Source of the DNA: Lytechinus pictus
Taxonomy: Eukaryota
Direction of reading: 5' to 3'
Assembly: GCF_037042905.1 (NCBI RefSeq)
Contig: NC_087245.1
Location: 10,356,001 to 10,420,000 of the forward strand
Length of the DNA stretch: 64,000 nucleotides
Shown here: one piece after another, positions 15,201 through 29,400 of the stretch
Layout: every line of letters begins with the position of its first letter
How positions within the stretch are numbered: position 1 is the stretch's first letter
Position numbers and translations under genes: made by a program
Notes under the pieces: generated by a model
Database searches by the model: none
What the model was told of the DNA's origin: nothing
What the model saw: the letters and a program-made list of their open reading frames with translations, nothing else

Positions 15201-17823
15201 ATGATTTTATATTTCAAAAGATTTTATAGATAATCATAATCTTTATCCAAAGTATTTTCAATTTCTTTTTGTCCCTGTATAATTTCCAGCTCCCTTTTTG
15301 ATTTTATCAATAATACAAAAAATATCAAAAGGAAGTCATATTATGGTAATTCGCTTGTTGTGGATAAAGGATATAATATGGCGTATGCAGGCTTATAGAT
15401 GTCTCTTTACTCTTTAGAATGTGAAAATATTTCTCATGAGTAACGCTATTCCCATAATTGATACTTGAAACATGGACATAAACTGACAACTCCCGCCTTG
15501 AAACAGGCATGAAATGAACATTATTCTGCAAAAACACTTCAAGCTAGCCGAGGAAGGCGCCATGTAAGTACACACAAAACAGTGTGCATACGAGGAATTA
15601 TGTTAATATCGTCCCTGTTCGGAAGTACGCTACATCATAGAACGCAGAGTTTACTCCGCACGTCAGCCGGTTTGTGATGAGATTAAAGGCTCACATTATT
15701 CTCAAGTTTATTGTGGGCATAATAGCATTATTAACATTGATCTTATATAGTTCTGTCCATAAAATTAAAAGATAATTGTTCGATATATTCAGCAGCATTT
15801 CTGATCATTTTGATTCATTAGAAGATCTCCAAATTTATATATATATATTTGTGTTCGTTTTATAAAATAAAATCCGTCTATCGATACTGTTATTATGTAG
15901 ATGTTTAAATGTATTCCCCAATTTTATAGTCGACTGGCTTAGAATGTATGTTCAAAATCACGTAGGCAGGTGTGGATACAATTATTGGGGCTAATACAGA
16001 GTCAGTTTCCAGGCCTTTACAAAGCTAGATGATTTGAAATCCATTCTAGTCAATTACTGTATACTTTATAACATTCACCCATGGACTGGGAAGCAAATTT
16101 TGAAGACAAAAAAATAACACCAACAATTGTGCCCTCACAATATAATATTCACAATATACATTCGCCAATTCCAGCACATTCCAAATGATTTATTTAAAAA
16201 AACCTGATAACTTGTTTATGTGTACCGGATAAAAAATGATGAACTAACCAGTTCACTTTAAAACTGGACTCTTTCTATGGGGAAAAACTGCTAATTATAT
16301 GCTCACAAACCGACAAGTCTTCTTTCTTATTTTGTTTATTATTTTGTTCATATACTTATTGATATATTTTTATCATTATGTATCAATTCATGATCTCATC
16401 TCATTCTCTGTATTACCTAGTTTTCATATATTATAAATGTGTATAAATATATGTCTTAATTTTATTTTAGCGACGAATGAGTCGCAAAAACACACGATCA
16501 TTATAAATACCGCGGCCCATCTTTAATATGACAGGCCTATTTATCTGAGGTTTCCATTACAGGTCAGATTCCTTTAACATGACCGTATTATCATATCAGT
16601 TCAATCCACGGTTCAGTTTATTCCAGTTAAAACAAACATTTACCTGATTTATAGACAAAGAAGTAGCTACGATGAAGATAATACTGACAAACATACCGTC
16701 ACGGACCAGTCTTGTGCAGTATATATCGCCCCTCTCTCGCTTTCAGCTCTTGTTTTCAATGTACCAGCCCGCATGCATGCATAATACAGCTCGTATCAAG
16801 TCCACCGCACGTACAGGGTATATCAATAAAAACTTACCGTAAAAAAACTGATTTACAGAAAAAGAAGTATCAACAATGAAAAAACCTACCGCTGTCATTT
16901 GTATATTTTTATGATGCTGTTTTTTTTCTTTTCTTTTTCCATTGTTTTCCTCCTTTCAATTTTTGTTCACTGCTTGGCCAATCCCTCAAGTCGCTCACCC
17001 TCTGCCGCCCTTTGGTGCTGAAAAGCATCTCACCTTCATTTCCGATTGTGATATACCCGCACGGATAATAATAACACATTATAAAATGCATTGCATGTAC
17101 AGGGCATATCAATAAAAAAAAGTACCTTCAACCTAAAACGATGTCAAAACATAACGAGGAATTCAGCATATCGATATGTCGAGTGCAATGTTTCTTCGTT
17201 TTCTTTTTAAATCATTTCCCGCTATATTTTCGAGCACCAAATTCTTCCAAGGTATGGAGAAATATTATCATCGGATTACCGTGTGCTTAATCTATAAATA
17301 TAATTTATAATAATTATTTGGGTGGAAATTCTGCCTTTTAAAATAGTGAAAAAATAATAACGAGAACAGAGAAGGATATAGAACAGAAATGATAAGGGAA
17401 ACTAAAAAAAAGTAGTAGAAAAAGAAAAGAGAAATGAAAGAATAGATAAAAAGTGAAGTTTATGTCACACCATATAGTCTTAGTTTGTGGGCTTAAGATC
17501 TTTGACCCTAACTTTGTGGCTTTATATTCATGAGGAATAACCAGTCAAAACGTGTCAAGAAATAAGAGACAATGGTTAAAATCTGTTTGCTTGTAAGGAT
17601 CTTAGTATCTAAACGCTTTACAAATACATTTCTTGCAGTTGTAATCAATCAACGAAATTTTTCAAATGGCAAATATAATGATCTCCATTCATGCTAAATA
17701 CTATAGTGAAGAGGTTCTGACTCTTGGATTGTAATCAGATGATCGTGCGTTCGATCCAACCATGACCAAACTACGGGGTTATTTGGCCAGACGTCGATCC
17801 GATGTATATTGCTCGATATTTAA

Positions 17824-18321
17824 AGGTCAAGTCCACTCCAGAAAAATGTTGATTTGAATAAATAGAGAAAAATCAAATTAGCAAAACGCTGAAAATTTCA
17901 TCAAAATCGGATGTAAAATAAGAAAGTTATGACACTTTAAAGTATTGCTTATTTTTCACAAAACAGTGATATGCACAACTCAAATGAGAAAGTTGATGAT
18001 GTCACTCACTCACTACTTCTTTTGTTTTTCATTGTTTGAATTATATTATATTTCATTTTTTATAGATTTGACAATGAGGACCAACTTGACTGAATCATAT
18101 AGTACTAAACAATGCTCATTACACATGCTCACGGAATAATCAATCTCCTCGTTTGCATACCGACAAGGTGTGAATATAACTGTTTTGTGAAATTAAGCAA
18201 AACTTTAAAATGTCATAACTTTCTTTTTTTACATCCGATTTTGATGAAATTTTCAGAGTTATGTTTGTTGCATTTTTCTCTTTTTATTCAAATAAACTTT
18301 TTGTTGGGGTGGACTTGTCCT
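17824..18321. mobile_element. Kolobok/T2-like MITE, family B
   Basis: TTAA TSD (17820-17823, 18322-18325) and termini AGGTCAAGTCCAC...GTGGACTTGTCCT. TIRs of about 125 bp include tgaaaatttcatcaaaatcggatgtaaaa / ttttacatccgattttgatgaaattttca. Confidence 0.88.
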
Positions 18322-19264
18322 TTAACCGAGGAATATTATTTATTTTTAAAACATTTAACTACATGATACACGTGATTTTGATTCTAGCTGAATCATAATC
18401 AATAGATAAATATGAAGAACCTGCATTTAAAATATTTTTTGTTTGTTTGTTTTTCACGCTCAATTTATGAGCTTGAAGATATGACATTCTGTCTTGCTTT
18501 GTCATCCAATAGATTATGATCATACCCATGATAGTCCATCTTGGTCTACTCGTATATATCAAAAACAAAACTCCGGCCACCTTCATAAGCAAACAGATTG
18601 CAAAGAGCATACAGCTACTGATAGTGGTATCAGTACACATGTATATTAGGAAGTAATCGGACTTTGGAATTACCATTGCGATTCAACATGCATTGCTTTC
18701 TCCCCCATCTGTTTGTAAATATTGAGATAATATGCTTCAACATAAACGTTACAAGTAAGTTGGACAAATCCCTGGGTGGACGCTGGATTCTTGAGTATAA
18801 CAATAGGGTATTTAAGATCACTTGTGTTATTCAGAGTGTGGGTTTTGGGTATAGCTGTACGTGGTGTGGTGTCTGGTCCAATATTGGATCAAAAGAACTT
18901 TATTCACCTCTAAATCCACACCAGATAATTTAATATACAATACCTCATCATTTTTCCACATTACCTTAGACAAACACAGTAGGCCTGCATAACATGACTC
19001 AATGTCATGTTGCAAACGCGTAAAACCGCATTGATGTTTGAACAGATTTTAACAAATTAACAGTCACGAAATGTATTATAGGAATATACGTTCTGTGATT
19101 GATTGATGGATCAAATGAGCCAAATATATCCCCTCTCTACTGTTTATTTACATACTTTTGAATGAAAATTCAGTGTCAAGGTCAGTGTGATATAACTGAC
19201 AAAACGATACGGTAGGAACCATTCGCTTCGTCAACACCTCCTTCTCATTGGCCGGAACCCCATA

Positions 19265-19369
19265 ACACCACATCACCACCACCACCACCACCACCGCCAT
19301 CATCAACACCAGCACCAAATCACCACCATCACTATCACCATCACCACCACCACCATCACCACCATCACC

Positions 19370-19400
<31 letters not shown>

Positions 19401-19620
19401 CCGTCTCATTTTCCTCCTTTATCCTCATAACTTCATCATATTGTATACCAGAAGAAACATTGGATCACGATTTGCATGATAATAAATTCATCTCATGCAC
19501 TGTCAATACCCCAAAACAAAAATTTAAGTTCACAACCACATAACCACCAACACACCTGTGACATCACACAACCACTATTGTTATCATCATCACCACCATC
19601 ATCATCATCACCATCATCGC
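19265..19620. repeat. (CAC)n/(CAT)n microsatellite patches
   Basis: Tandem CAC/CAT at 19265-19402 and about 19580-19620. Confidence 0.85.
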
Positions 19621-20549
19621 CTTCACCCAATCTCTAAATCAGTAACCCAATTTCACTATTATCACATGCACCAACTTTCTACTTGCACCACACACAAAAA
19701 ATCATCATTACTATATAAAATTGATTATCATAATTGTGATACCACCAGTCTACAATCGTGACAGGTTCACAGTTGTACCACTATTACCTCAACCAGCACG
19801 ATACCCACCCTCACCAGCCCTACACCAACGCACTGAATCGCTCACGTGAACATGTTCATGTCTTCATGTGATGTATATGGCATTAGTTTGGTTTGGTGTG
19901 AAGTCTGAAGTACAAGGTACAATATATAGGTCTATACGGCATTGTCTGAGAGCCAGGGTCTTAATGGTAACATTCGTTGCTTAGAATTCTCCCCATAACC
20001 TCTCACCTCAACCCATAGCTTTAACTTATCTCCAAATCGGCATGTCACGTTTTTTTTTACGAGAACGGACTAAACTATTTCCACCCCAGCTCTCTGTTGA
20101 AATACGACATAAGGGCAACTCTGACAGGTAAAGGTAAATGCCATAAACCATGAGCGACACCAACAAAAACATATCCATTTCGCTATAGCACTATTTCAGG
20201 GATCAGGGTCTTTCTTTTTTTGATGTGGTGCATTGTTCGCATAGCGCTTAGCATTGTGGAGTTACTCTTGCAAACTTCAATGCATTCATATAGAAGCGAT
20301 GGGGGGTGGGGACTCATTTTTAAAATGTTATTTATTTTTTGAGGGGGGGGGGTTGAAATTCATTTATCCATATGCGGGGCTTTTCCAATTGACCCTTTCT
20401 CAGTGAATAAACAAGGTGTTTCTAGTCGCATGTGCTAAAAGATTACTTTTATTTTGGTGTCATCAGATCAGTTGGAGCATGATTTCTGTGAATTCTTTTT
20501 TGGTCCATTCTTGTATTTGTTTTATAGGTGACTTTTATGTTGGCTGGGC

Positions 20550-20850
20550 TCAGTAACGTAATGGGCCAACAAATTGAAAGGGTGCAAATGGGGCAACATT
20601 TCTATAAAGCTGCGACTGAAGCGAGCGGGCAAACTTTTAACCCCTCTTGATAAAAAAATTCTTTCATTTTGTCATTTTACTTGGTCGTGAGATTATTATC
20701 TTTTATTTTCTATTTATCTATTCATAATTTTTTTAAAATATTTATTTATTTATTTATCTATTCATTCATTTATATATTTTTTATTCATTTTTTTTTTTTT
20801 GGGGGGGGGGGGGGGGTAAATGGCCCCCAAATCAGAAGGTTACACCAGAG
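20550..20850. mobile_element. Degenerate G-string-bearing (hAT-like) non-autonomous element; similar terminal fragments at about 2630-2722, 14657-14820, 44597-44650, 46780-47080 and 58315-58660
   Basis: CAGT..GTAA start, GCGAGCG internal motif and poly-G before the right end, the same architecture as the intact element at 58952-59561. No clear TSD. Confidence 0.4.
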
Positions 20851-21480
20851 GTTAGGCTAAGGGGAAGGTGGACTTATTTCAAGTTGAACCAATGCTATAT
20901 CTTTTTTAGCTAGAACTCTGGACTCTTCCAGTCTGAGGCATCAGGCAGTTGTATGAATTCCTTATCTTTTTTATATCTTTTCTGAATTTCTCTGATTACA
21001 AAGGTAAACACTTCGATCCCGAATTACCCCCTTAAAACATAGAAACCTTACAAGAGTAAATTACATGCCCTTGATAATTCATTCTAGTCCCACTAACTCA
21101 AGAACGTGTAGGTTTGCACGTCCTGGACCCTACCACAACGGGCCAAGGTGTAGACTTTGCCCCCATCTAACGCAGCAGCATACTACCTGGTTCATGAAGC
21201 TATCATGATGGTACTCAAGAGCTTTCAAAATTGTGAAGTGTGTACAACAAGTACAAGTACATGTAATTTCAATTATTAAATTATCATGGAGAACGTGGAA
21301 TGAATTTCAGAGGTTTTTTTTTCTGTGATAAGGTTATTTCAGTATAGGAAATTTTATTAGATGATTATTGTAAGAGTGAGTAAATGTAAACGGATATATA
21401 TTATACTGAACTATATAGAATTAAATGTCCTCCTCGGTTTGTCAGTTTTATATGAATGTGATATTTAATTTGATTTAGTA

Positions 21481-21565
21481 CACTCTAAAAATTAAAAGGG
21501 TGGAAAACGCAGCCACACCTCGGCCATTTTCCGCGCCCTTTTTTGCCTTTTGTGTTTTTAAAGTG
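21481..21565. mobile_element. 85-bp CACTA/EnSpm-like mini element (degenerate)
   Basis: Termini CACTCTAAAAA / TTTTTAAAGTG (10/11 inverted match) with TA on both flanks. Confidence 0.45.
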
Positions 21566-21707
21566 TAGGAAATTGAAATAAATAAAAGAAAGCTGCAATC
21601 AGTAGTATAATATGAAGTTATTTTCAACAGTCAAGAATGCATGTGACATGCTCCAACATCGTGAAGTTTTCTCCCCCTCTTAATTTGCTTTGTCAGAAAG
21701 TTCTTAA

Positions 21708-22306
21708 AGGGGAATCCAGCCTTGGCTATAAAATGTTGTGTTGGGAAGGAGAAAAATAAATTAAACAGAATGGTGAAAGTTTGAAAGAAATCGGACAAGC
21801 AATAAGAAAGTTATAGCTGCTTTAAAATTGAGATCACTAATACTATGTAGATTTCAAATTGGCAACTGAGTAAGTAAATTATGACAAGGGGCAAGGACAA
21901 CTTTCCCATAGGCCATGTACTTTATTATCAGGGATTTGTGGTTTTCTCCAAAGTACCCATTCCCCTGGGGCAGTAATCTAAATATAACCCAGGTAGTATA
22001 TTGTTTTATGTCCTCATGAAAGAAATTAAAATATAATTCAAAATAAAACTTTTGGGGAAAATGACATTTTAGCCATAATATGTATTGGAGTACATGGAAG
22101 AGTAGTCCTTGCCTTACATCACTATGACTTCCTATACGCGGCCAATTTGAAGTCTCCATGGGTATAGTGATTACCAATATTTATAACTTTTAAAAATTCA
22201 TAACTTTCTTGTAGTTTGTCCAATATTGTTCAAACTTTCACCATTCAACTTGTCTGATTTTTCTTTTCCTTATAAAAACAAGTTTTTATTTGGGTTGGAT
22301 TCCCCT
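21708..22306 (+). mobile_element. Kolobok/T2-like MITE, family A, copy 2
   Basis: TTAA TSD (21704-21707, 22307-22310); same termini and internal sequence as copies 1 and 3. Confidence 0.92.
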
Positions 22307-22640
22307 TTAAGAAATCAACCTACCTCTTTTAACCCCTTATCTGCGAAGTCCCGGAGTCACCCCTGAAAACATAAGAGAGACCTTTGAATCGTTTAAGGTC
22401 AAACACATGAGCTCATTATTTGTACTGTTTCTGGCAGCATGCAAGAACGCGTTAACTTTATTATTGGAGAAACAGTAATTCATCAGACAGTTTTATAACC
22501 TTCGATGAGGGAATTGGCGCGCATTTCCCACCGGACTCTTTGACGCACTTATCCGTCTGTGTAGAGTCACTTATCTGTCTGTTTATTTCATTCCAGCCAT
22601 TATTCTTACCACTCTCAAGGGGCTGGGGTATTTTACGCAT

Positions 22641-23218
22641 TCAAGGGGTACTCCAGGCTAAAAATATTTATGTCTTAATGATAGAGTAAAATGCTGCAAA
22701 AGTCGTCAAAATATGATAACAAATAAGTTATTGAAGTTTTAAAAGTTTAGCGATATTTTGTGAAAACAGATATATGCACGTCGTCATGAATATCATTAGG
22801 TGGGCTGATTGTGTCACATCCCCACTTTCCTTTTCCTTATGTTATTACATGAAATCATAGTTATTTAATATTTACAAACATGTGTAAACTATATCTCTTA
22901 ATAGTTGGCATCAATCCATGAATATCTAATGCTTGTCAATCCATTTTTTTAAGTTCTTGTAGGAAAAAATGAATAAAGTAATTTCATGTATAATACGCAG
23001 AAGAAAAAGTGGGGATATGACATCACCAGTTTTCTCATTAAATATTCATGAGAAATGCATAGGCCTAGAAGTTACTATTTCACCAAAATAATGCAAATCT
23101 GAATTGTCATAATTTTGTTATTCCTTGTGCGATTTTAATGAAATTTTCATTGTTTTCTTTGTCTGATTTTTCTGTTTCTGTTCAAGTCATAATATTTTCA
23201 GCCTGCAGTACCCATTTC
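22641..23218. mobile_element. Degenerate Kolobok/T2-like MITE, family C
   Basis: The ends tcaaGGGGTACTCCAGGCTAAAAATATT and AATATTTTCAGCCTGCAGTACCC are inverted complements. The TTAA TSD is mutated, and the subterminal motifs resemble family B. Confidence 0.65.
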
Positions 23219-24502
23219 ATAATGTAAGGAGGATTCACCCCCTTTTTTGTTCTTTGTCTATTCCTACTTCATCTAAAATCAGTTAATCCCATAGTCAAAT
23301 CGTCAAGTAAACTGTTTTAACTATTTTCTTTTTATTTTCAATACCACTTTTCGTCAAAACATAAACCTGCTTAAAAATAAATGGTACATGGTATACGAAA
23401 TGACTTCAGGAATAAACTATTAGACGTCAAATAGGGAAGTTTTGTTGTTATTTTGTTAATGTAATATTTCGATAAATTCATCAATTGTTTAAATCACCGA
23501 ATTCGAGCTTTCGCGGAATATGCAACGCATGTGTTATTTGCACCTTTTTAAATAGAGTTTTGCCTAAGTCCAACAGATTTCTATGATCAAAGAGATTAGT
23601 TATTATTAACTTGCCTCCTGTCTGCTACAAACTGGAACACTAAAATGAATATATAGAATGCCTGGAAGAAACATTAAGGGAAAACTTAATATTTGATTTG
23701 AAAAATTCGTTAAAAATAAATGAAAAAGACTTTGATACAGAAGCCATTTCCATTGTGTTAATGACCACACAAATTTTCAACATCTGCTAATCAAAAATTG
23801 AAAGAAAAATCTGGTATGACATTAACATTAAACTGCATAAAACATCTGCATTAATGCATTTGGAATGGGGGAGTCCTTTTTTTTCTTCTTCGAATTAACA
23901 GTACATTCACAAATTGCTTGTGCATCCTACTGGGAGACTAATTATTTAGCGATCTCAAACAAAATTGAATGTGATTTCTATCTCTAGGTGGGTGACTCAT
24001 GCTTATTGGAAACCCAACTCCTGAAAATGGCTGTGAGCGTCTGACTCATAGAAGCGCCATCACATCCACTAATACTCCAGTGGAACTGATGGTCAATGGG
24101 GTGTCTGTGTGTAAGAGTGTACACAACATGAAGGCCAAGGTTTCATATTTTTCTCAAGAAACTTCCAAGGGGGTTCAGGAGACAGTCAATCGACTTGATG
24201 ATATATTCGTATTGTTGAGTTGTGGTTGTAGAGATGGGACAAAGAGCAGACATGCTTGCATACAGTCTGGATGAGTAATCTATTGATATTACAAGCAGGA
24301 TGAGCCCGAAGGAGTAGTTCCATTTATCAGTTTTGTTTCTAACTTAGATCAATTAGCCTTTTTCAATCTTTTGTGCTTCACTTGATCACATACACCTAAA
24401 TGATGTGTGGTATCAGGGTATGGGAAAGTAATAACAAAGGACCAATACAGACCTAACAGTGTAAATTTTGATAATAGGTTTGGTGTATCTTCATTATAAC
24501 AA

Positions 24503-24572
24503 CCCTTGTAAAAAAGTACCATTGGTAATACCATAGTATACCATGGTACTGTATGGTACTTTTTTACAAGGG
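24503..24572. mobile_element. 70-bp CACTA/EnSpm-like mini element
   Basis: Perfect 20-bp TIR CCCTTGTAAAAAAGTACCAT / ATGGTACTTTTTTACAAGGG, AA dinucleotide on both flanks (2-bp TSD) and internal TACCAT repeats. Confidence 0.7.
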
Positions 24573-26499
24573 AAGTAATTTAAAATAAACTTATTATGTA
24601 GTAAAGGGCCATGAATTTGAGGCTTTCGAATAAAAAAAAATCGGATTTAATTCGATATGAATAACTGTCAGCGCAAAGTGAAATGAATAAATCGCCTATA
24701 TTTGGGCATATTCACAGTACAAAAGGCCCTTGTTATAATTCGACAGTTCATAACCTATGATAATGTATCTCCGATAAGATTATTTTGTAGGCACACTTCA
24801 ATTAAAAATAGGACTAGAAATACATTTATCTCATTTTGATTTTTTTTCTCTTTTGTATTCTATCAAGAAAATAACAGGTAGGCCTACTATATACTGGGAT
24901 GCCTGCTAATGATTTATAATACCAGCAAAGCTGTGTGTGATATCATTTTCACACGTTCTTTCACTTGACCCGAAAACGCCGAAATTCAATTCAACTTGAA
25001 TTATACTTGTGAGTACTTCAACAAGCGTTTAGAAGTTGTTTTGGGTGACTCTTGGTAAAAAAAAAATCCTGACAGATAGGTTTGAATTGGAAACGTGCGA
25101 CTTCATCATAGCCTCTGTAGGCCTTAATGTTTCGTAGTGAATATTATCCATGTATGCTTATCTGAACATCTTTGCGACTGTTCGTGAGTCGCTTCTCGCA
25201 CATGGTACAGGTACATTGCAAGTAGAGTGTCTGTAAGCATGGACCTAATAGGTCCATGCTATAAACACCCAAGGGAATCAATTTGTTTACGTTGAAAATT
25301 TTAGCTATTTATGAACCAAGTTCGCTCAAATTACATACTAATATGTTACTGTATTTGGCATTCAATTTTCCTAAGCACTTTCATTAACGCTGACATAGAA
25401 AACAAGAATCCAAACTATACTGGATGTTGCAACTATGGCTCGAACTGACAAGTTAAGCCTAATTTTTCAACAACGGTTCTTCAGTCCATGTTACAACAAT
25501 AATGTGAAGAAGTAACCATTTGAATGGGATTCATCTATTCTTAATCTACCTTAAAATGCTTCAAAAGAGTTCTATTGTGTTCCAGTGATTCAACTTGCAG
25601 CCATGCATGCTTTTAACGAAGCAAGCTGGTCCATTCTTCTAGCATTGAAAAGAAGAATTGTGGAGAGGAGAAGAAAAGAAGAGAAAGAGAGTACTGAACA
25701 AAGTGCCTTAAATACATACAGAGTTGAAAGGGCTCTGTTAGCCATGTGTTTATTCAAGCCCTACTCTAGTAATTTAGAAAAAACATGGTCTCCCTACTGG
25801 GACAAACAAATACCAAGAGCGCCTCAAACTTCTCAAAACCTTGGAGCAGGAGGGAGAACGGAGAAAGAAAAATACATCACAGCAATGAAATTGGGCGACA
25901 AAAATACACAAACTCACCGCTTTGATAACCATTTATGAAATCCAAATGGAAAGGAATTTTTTGACCACTATTGTTGTGACTGCAGGCCCTACTGGAAAAC
26001 CTCAACTGAAATTGACTTTGTTAGGTGTATCATGGACTGGGTGTATATACACGTACAAGCACTCGTCTTAACATCTCTGGTATACTTGAACGTGTATATA
26101 TATTGTGAAGTACATGTCTTTGGAATAATACCAATGGGGTAAAGGCAAAGGCCCAGCTAGTGGATTCCAGCCATTCACTCGACACCCTGCCCCTACTTTG
26201 TGACCGCTTTCAATTCATCCCATCTTCCCTCCTGTGGTGAAATTAAAGACTGGCTGGCATATGTTAGGCCAATCTTGGAATTTACAGGTCAACTTCAAGT
26301 TAACCCCAAGTATGGGAAATCGTGCTTTGCTTCTTCAATACAATTGATAACAGTGTATTTTTTGTTTTACTAATTTCCCATAATTCATAAAACCTCTATT
26401 AAATCCAGTAACAACAACTACACCGCATCATGTTGGTTAAGATGCACAATCAGGCATACCTATCACAAGCAGTGAAGATTACCCAACAAAGATACTTTT

Positions 26500-29400
26500 G
26501 TTAAACCCCCATTTATTTAATTGAAATTGCAGTAACACTTAAATAATAAAAGTATAAAACAATTACATATGCATAGGCCCTACTTGCAGATCAAGATGGA
26601 TGAAGTGTGGGGTGGGGATTGCTCACTATCTGCTTTTGCATATGTGCCAGAAAGCACTGGGGGCATAGGCCTACTACCCTATCAAATAATGTAGCCTGCA
26701 TGGTACACTCATAATTAGGAAATGTACCTAAAGCATAGACATAGCAGTAGAGTTCAATAGGGGTTCAATAGTACCAAAGGTTATTGAGACTTGAGTTATG
26801 AGTCAAAAGATGGATTCACCATTTTGGAGCCGTGCAATACAAGAAATATTTTATGATGAATGGTATTACTATTCATCATTTAATATGTGCAATAGATTGT
26901 AAAAAGCGAATCGTACGTTCAGTTGCTAAGCTTTGTGCATCAGTACATATATCTATATACATGTGATCATGTAGGCCCTAACCATTTTCAAAATTCTGGC
27001 TGTTGGCCTACGTGCTTTAATAAAAAGACAATAGAAGATTAAATTGAAGTTCAAATGACATTTCAAGGTTTAATTGGGATGCCATTGGCAATGAATTTAA
27101 AAAGAACTTCCAACAACAGCTCAAAGGATTATGGGACATTCTACATAGATTATCGCTTATCCAAATGACACCATGACCATCATAACAGTACAGTATATTT
27201 GAACATGGTTGCTTGAATCTGTTACAAACTTAAGATCATGGTACTGTACTTAACATGATGTAAATGACTACATTCGACTACATGTACTATGTAGTAAGAC
27301 ATGCTTTGCATAATCTGATTGGAAAAAACAGCTTAAATGTGGAATGTTAACTGCAGACTTATATTGGTTAAATAACCATATTTGGTAAAAAATTATTCAA
27401 AGAGAAAGTCCATCTTGATGTTCGATAAATTGTTAATAAAATCAGAAGAAAAAAAAAGTTGTACCGACTACTATTGGAGTTGGAGGTTTGGTGGAAACTA
27501 CCAACCAACAACAGTTACAGGTACAAATTTTGAAATAATATTTTTTGTGAAGTCACACAAGAGCAATCAATGGCTGAGTTCTATAAAGTACTCTATGAAA
27601 ATTGACAATGAGTTATAGGTCTACATTCAATGTGTAATCAGACATACACAATGCAAATATAATTTGATCATGACCATTATAAAAAAAGGGAATTAATCGA
27701 GTTGATGTCATTAGAATTATACATGTACATGTACATGACATTAAATGAGAGCTGCTCTAACTTCACACTTTTTTATTCGATTTTTCGCAATTTGCTTACT
27801 ATTTTTTTCTTTGATCAAAGGTACATGTACAATTGTGGACTTTCCCTTTTAGAGACTGGAACACCATATTTGAATAGAGAATCCAATAACAAATGCCATC
27901 AATGAAACCAGAATTAAATACAAGAAATGTTTGCGTTTTTAATGTCACATATCTTTCTATTCCTTTTAAACATCAACAATCTTAATGATAAAGAACCAAG
28001 AAAACAATTTTTCCACAGAAGTGATACAAATGTAGAACATATTTGCATTCTCATGGGCGATTCGGTCACATAACACTGAATCTTGTACAAAGTGGACTGA
28101 AACTTACTGATGCTTGTACTAAATCTTGACATAATCAATCTGCCTTTTGTAAAAAACAAAAACAAATGAAAAACAAATATGCAAGAAGAATACATGCATA
28201 GTGCAGTGAAATACAAGGGGCAAAATACAAGGATGACTCAGATAAATTTTGAAAGTTTTGAATTCTCATTAAATCAAAAGTGGTCCCGCTTACAATTTTC
28301 TTGCAAATTTACATGTGATAAAAACATAACTTTCAAGAGGTTTGAAATATGTAACGAACAGACAAAATACAGGTAAAGAAGATGTTTTCATTTGCCAACA
28401 ATTAAAAGCACCATTTGCATACACATGTACATGTAGGTTTAATAAACTTTAAAATATACGTATTTAAAATGTTTGCAAAGACTGCCTGGAAATTCAAACA
28501 ACATTAGACTCTTCACATGACATGGACCAAATAGGGCCTAATATCATTTTTTTGTAGTTTTTCATGATTTTAAATGGGTAAAATTTATGAAAAAAAAGTC
28601 TCAAGATGATTGGGAAATTTTGAATAATGTGCACTTGTGAAGGTACACTTTTATGTACATGAATAACATTGTTTGTGTTGGGTCACCAAAGCAATAAGAA
28701 ACTGACTAACTTCTGCCTACATTTGGGGTGAAGGCGTGAAGCCCAAAAATTTCAGGTTTTTTTGGAGGTTCATAATCTGGAAATTTTCTGACTGTTATTT
28801 GAAGAGCAATCCTCTGTAAAGAGTCTTCTATTAGTGATAAAAGTAACATGAACAATTGTTTATTTTCCTTTATGTGCATCTTTTCATTTCCAATTTTAGA
28901 ATTGAATCAACGTCTTAAGAGATGCGCCTACCCAAAAGTTGATTTAAATACACAGCCAAAAATTATTAATTAAATTTTGACAAAAAATCAGATAAAAAAC
29001 AAAGCTGTGTAATTTCTAAATGTATCATTTTGCAAACTAAAGACAGGCAGATATATGCAAATTAGTGTGTCAGCTATGTAATCTTTCAAACTCTAAATTT
29101 GTATAGTAAAAAGATAATACATGAAATGTGAAATATTTCAGATGTGCAAGGATGATCTCTCTCTTGTATTCATAAAAACGATTATGATTATCTTTACATT
29201 CTTTGTAAAAAGAAATCACGTTCTACATATTCTTGCCTTTAGAGATAAAAATGAAATGCATTAATTCAATATGAAAAATTGCAGTACATGTGTGTTTACA
29301 CAAAGACTCAACTGCTAAATAAATTACTCACATTTTCATCTACTGCTTATGGAAATTATTCAAACTTCAAAATGCTGAAACTGTTGCTTTTCAATTCCTT

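Noticed and set aside
21854..22177. Similar ORFs at 21854-22177 and 35289-35608 suggesting a small gene family
   Set aside because: They lie inside copies of the same MITE, are frameshifted relative to each other and show no transposase motifs.
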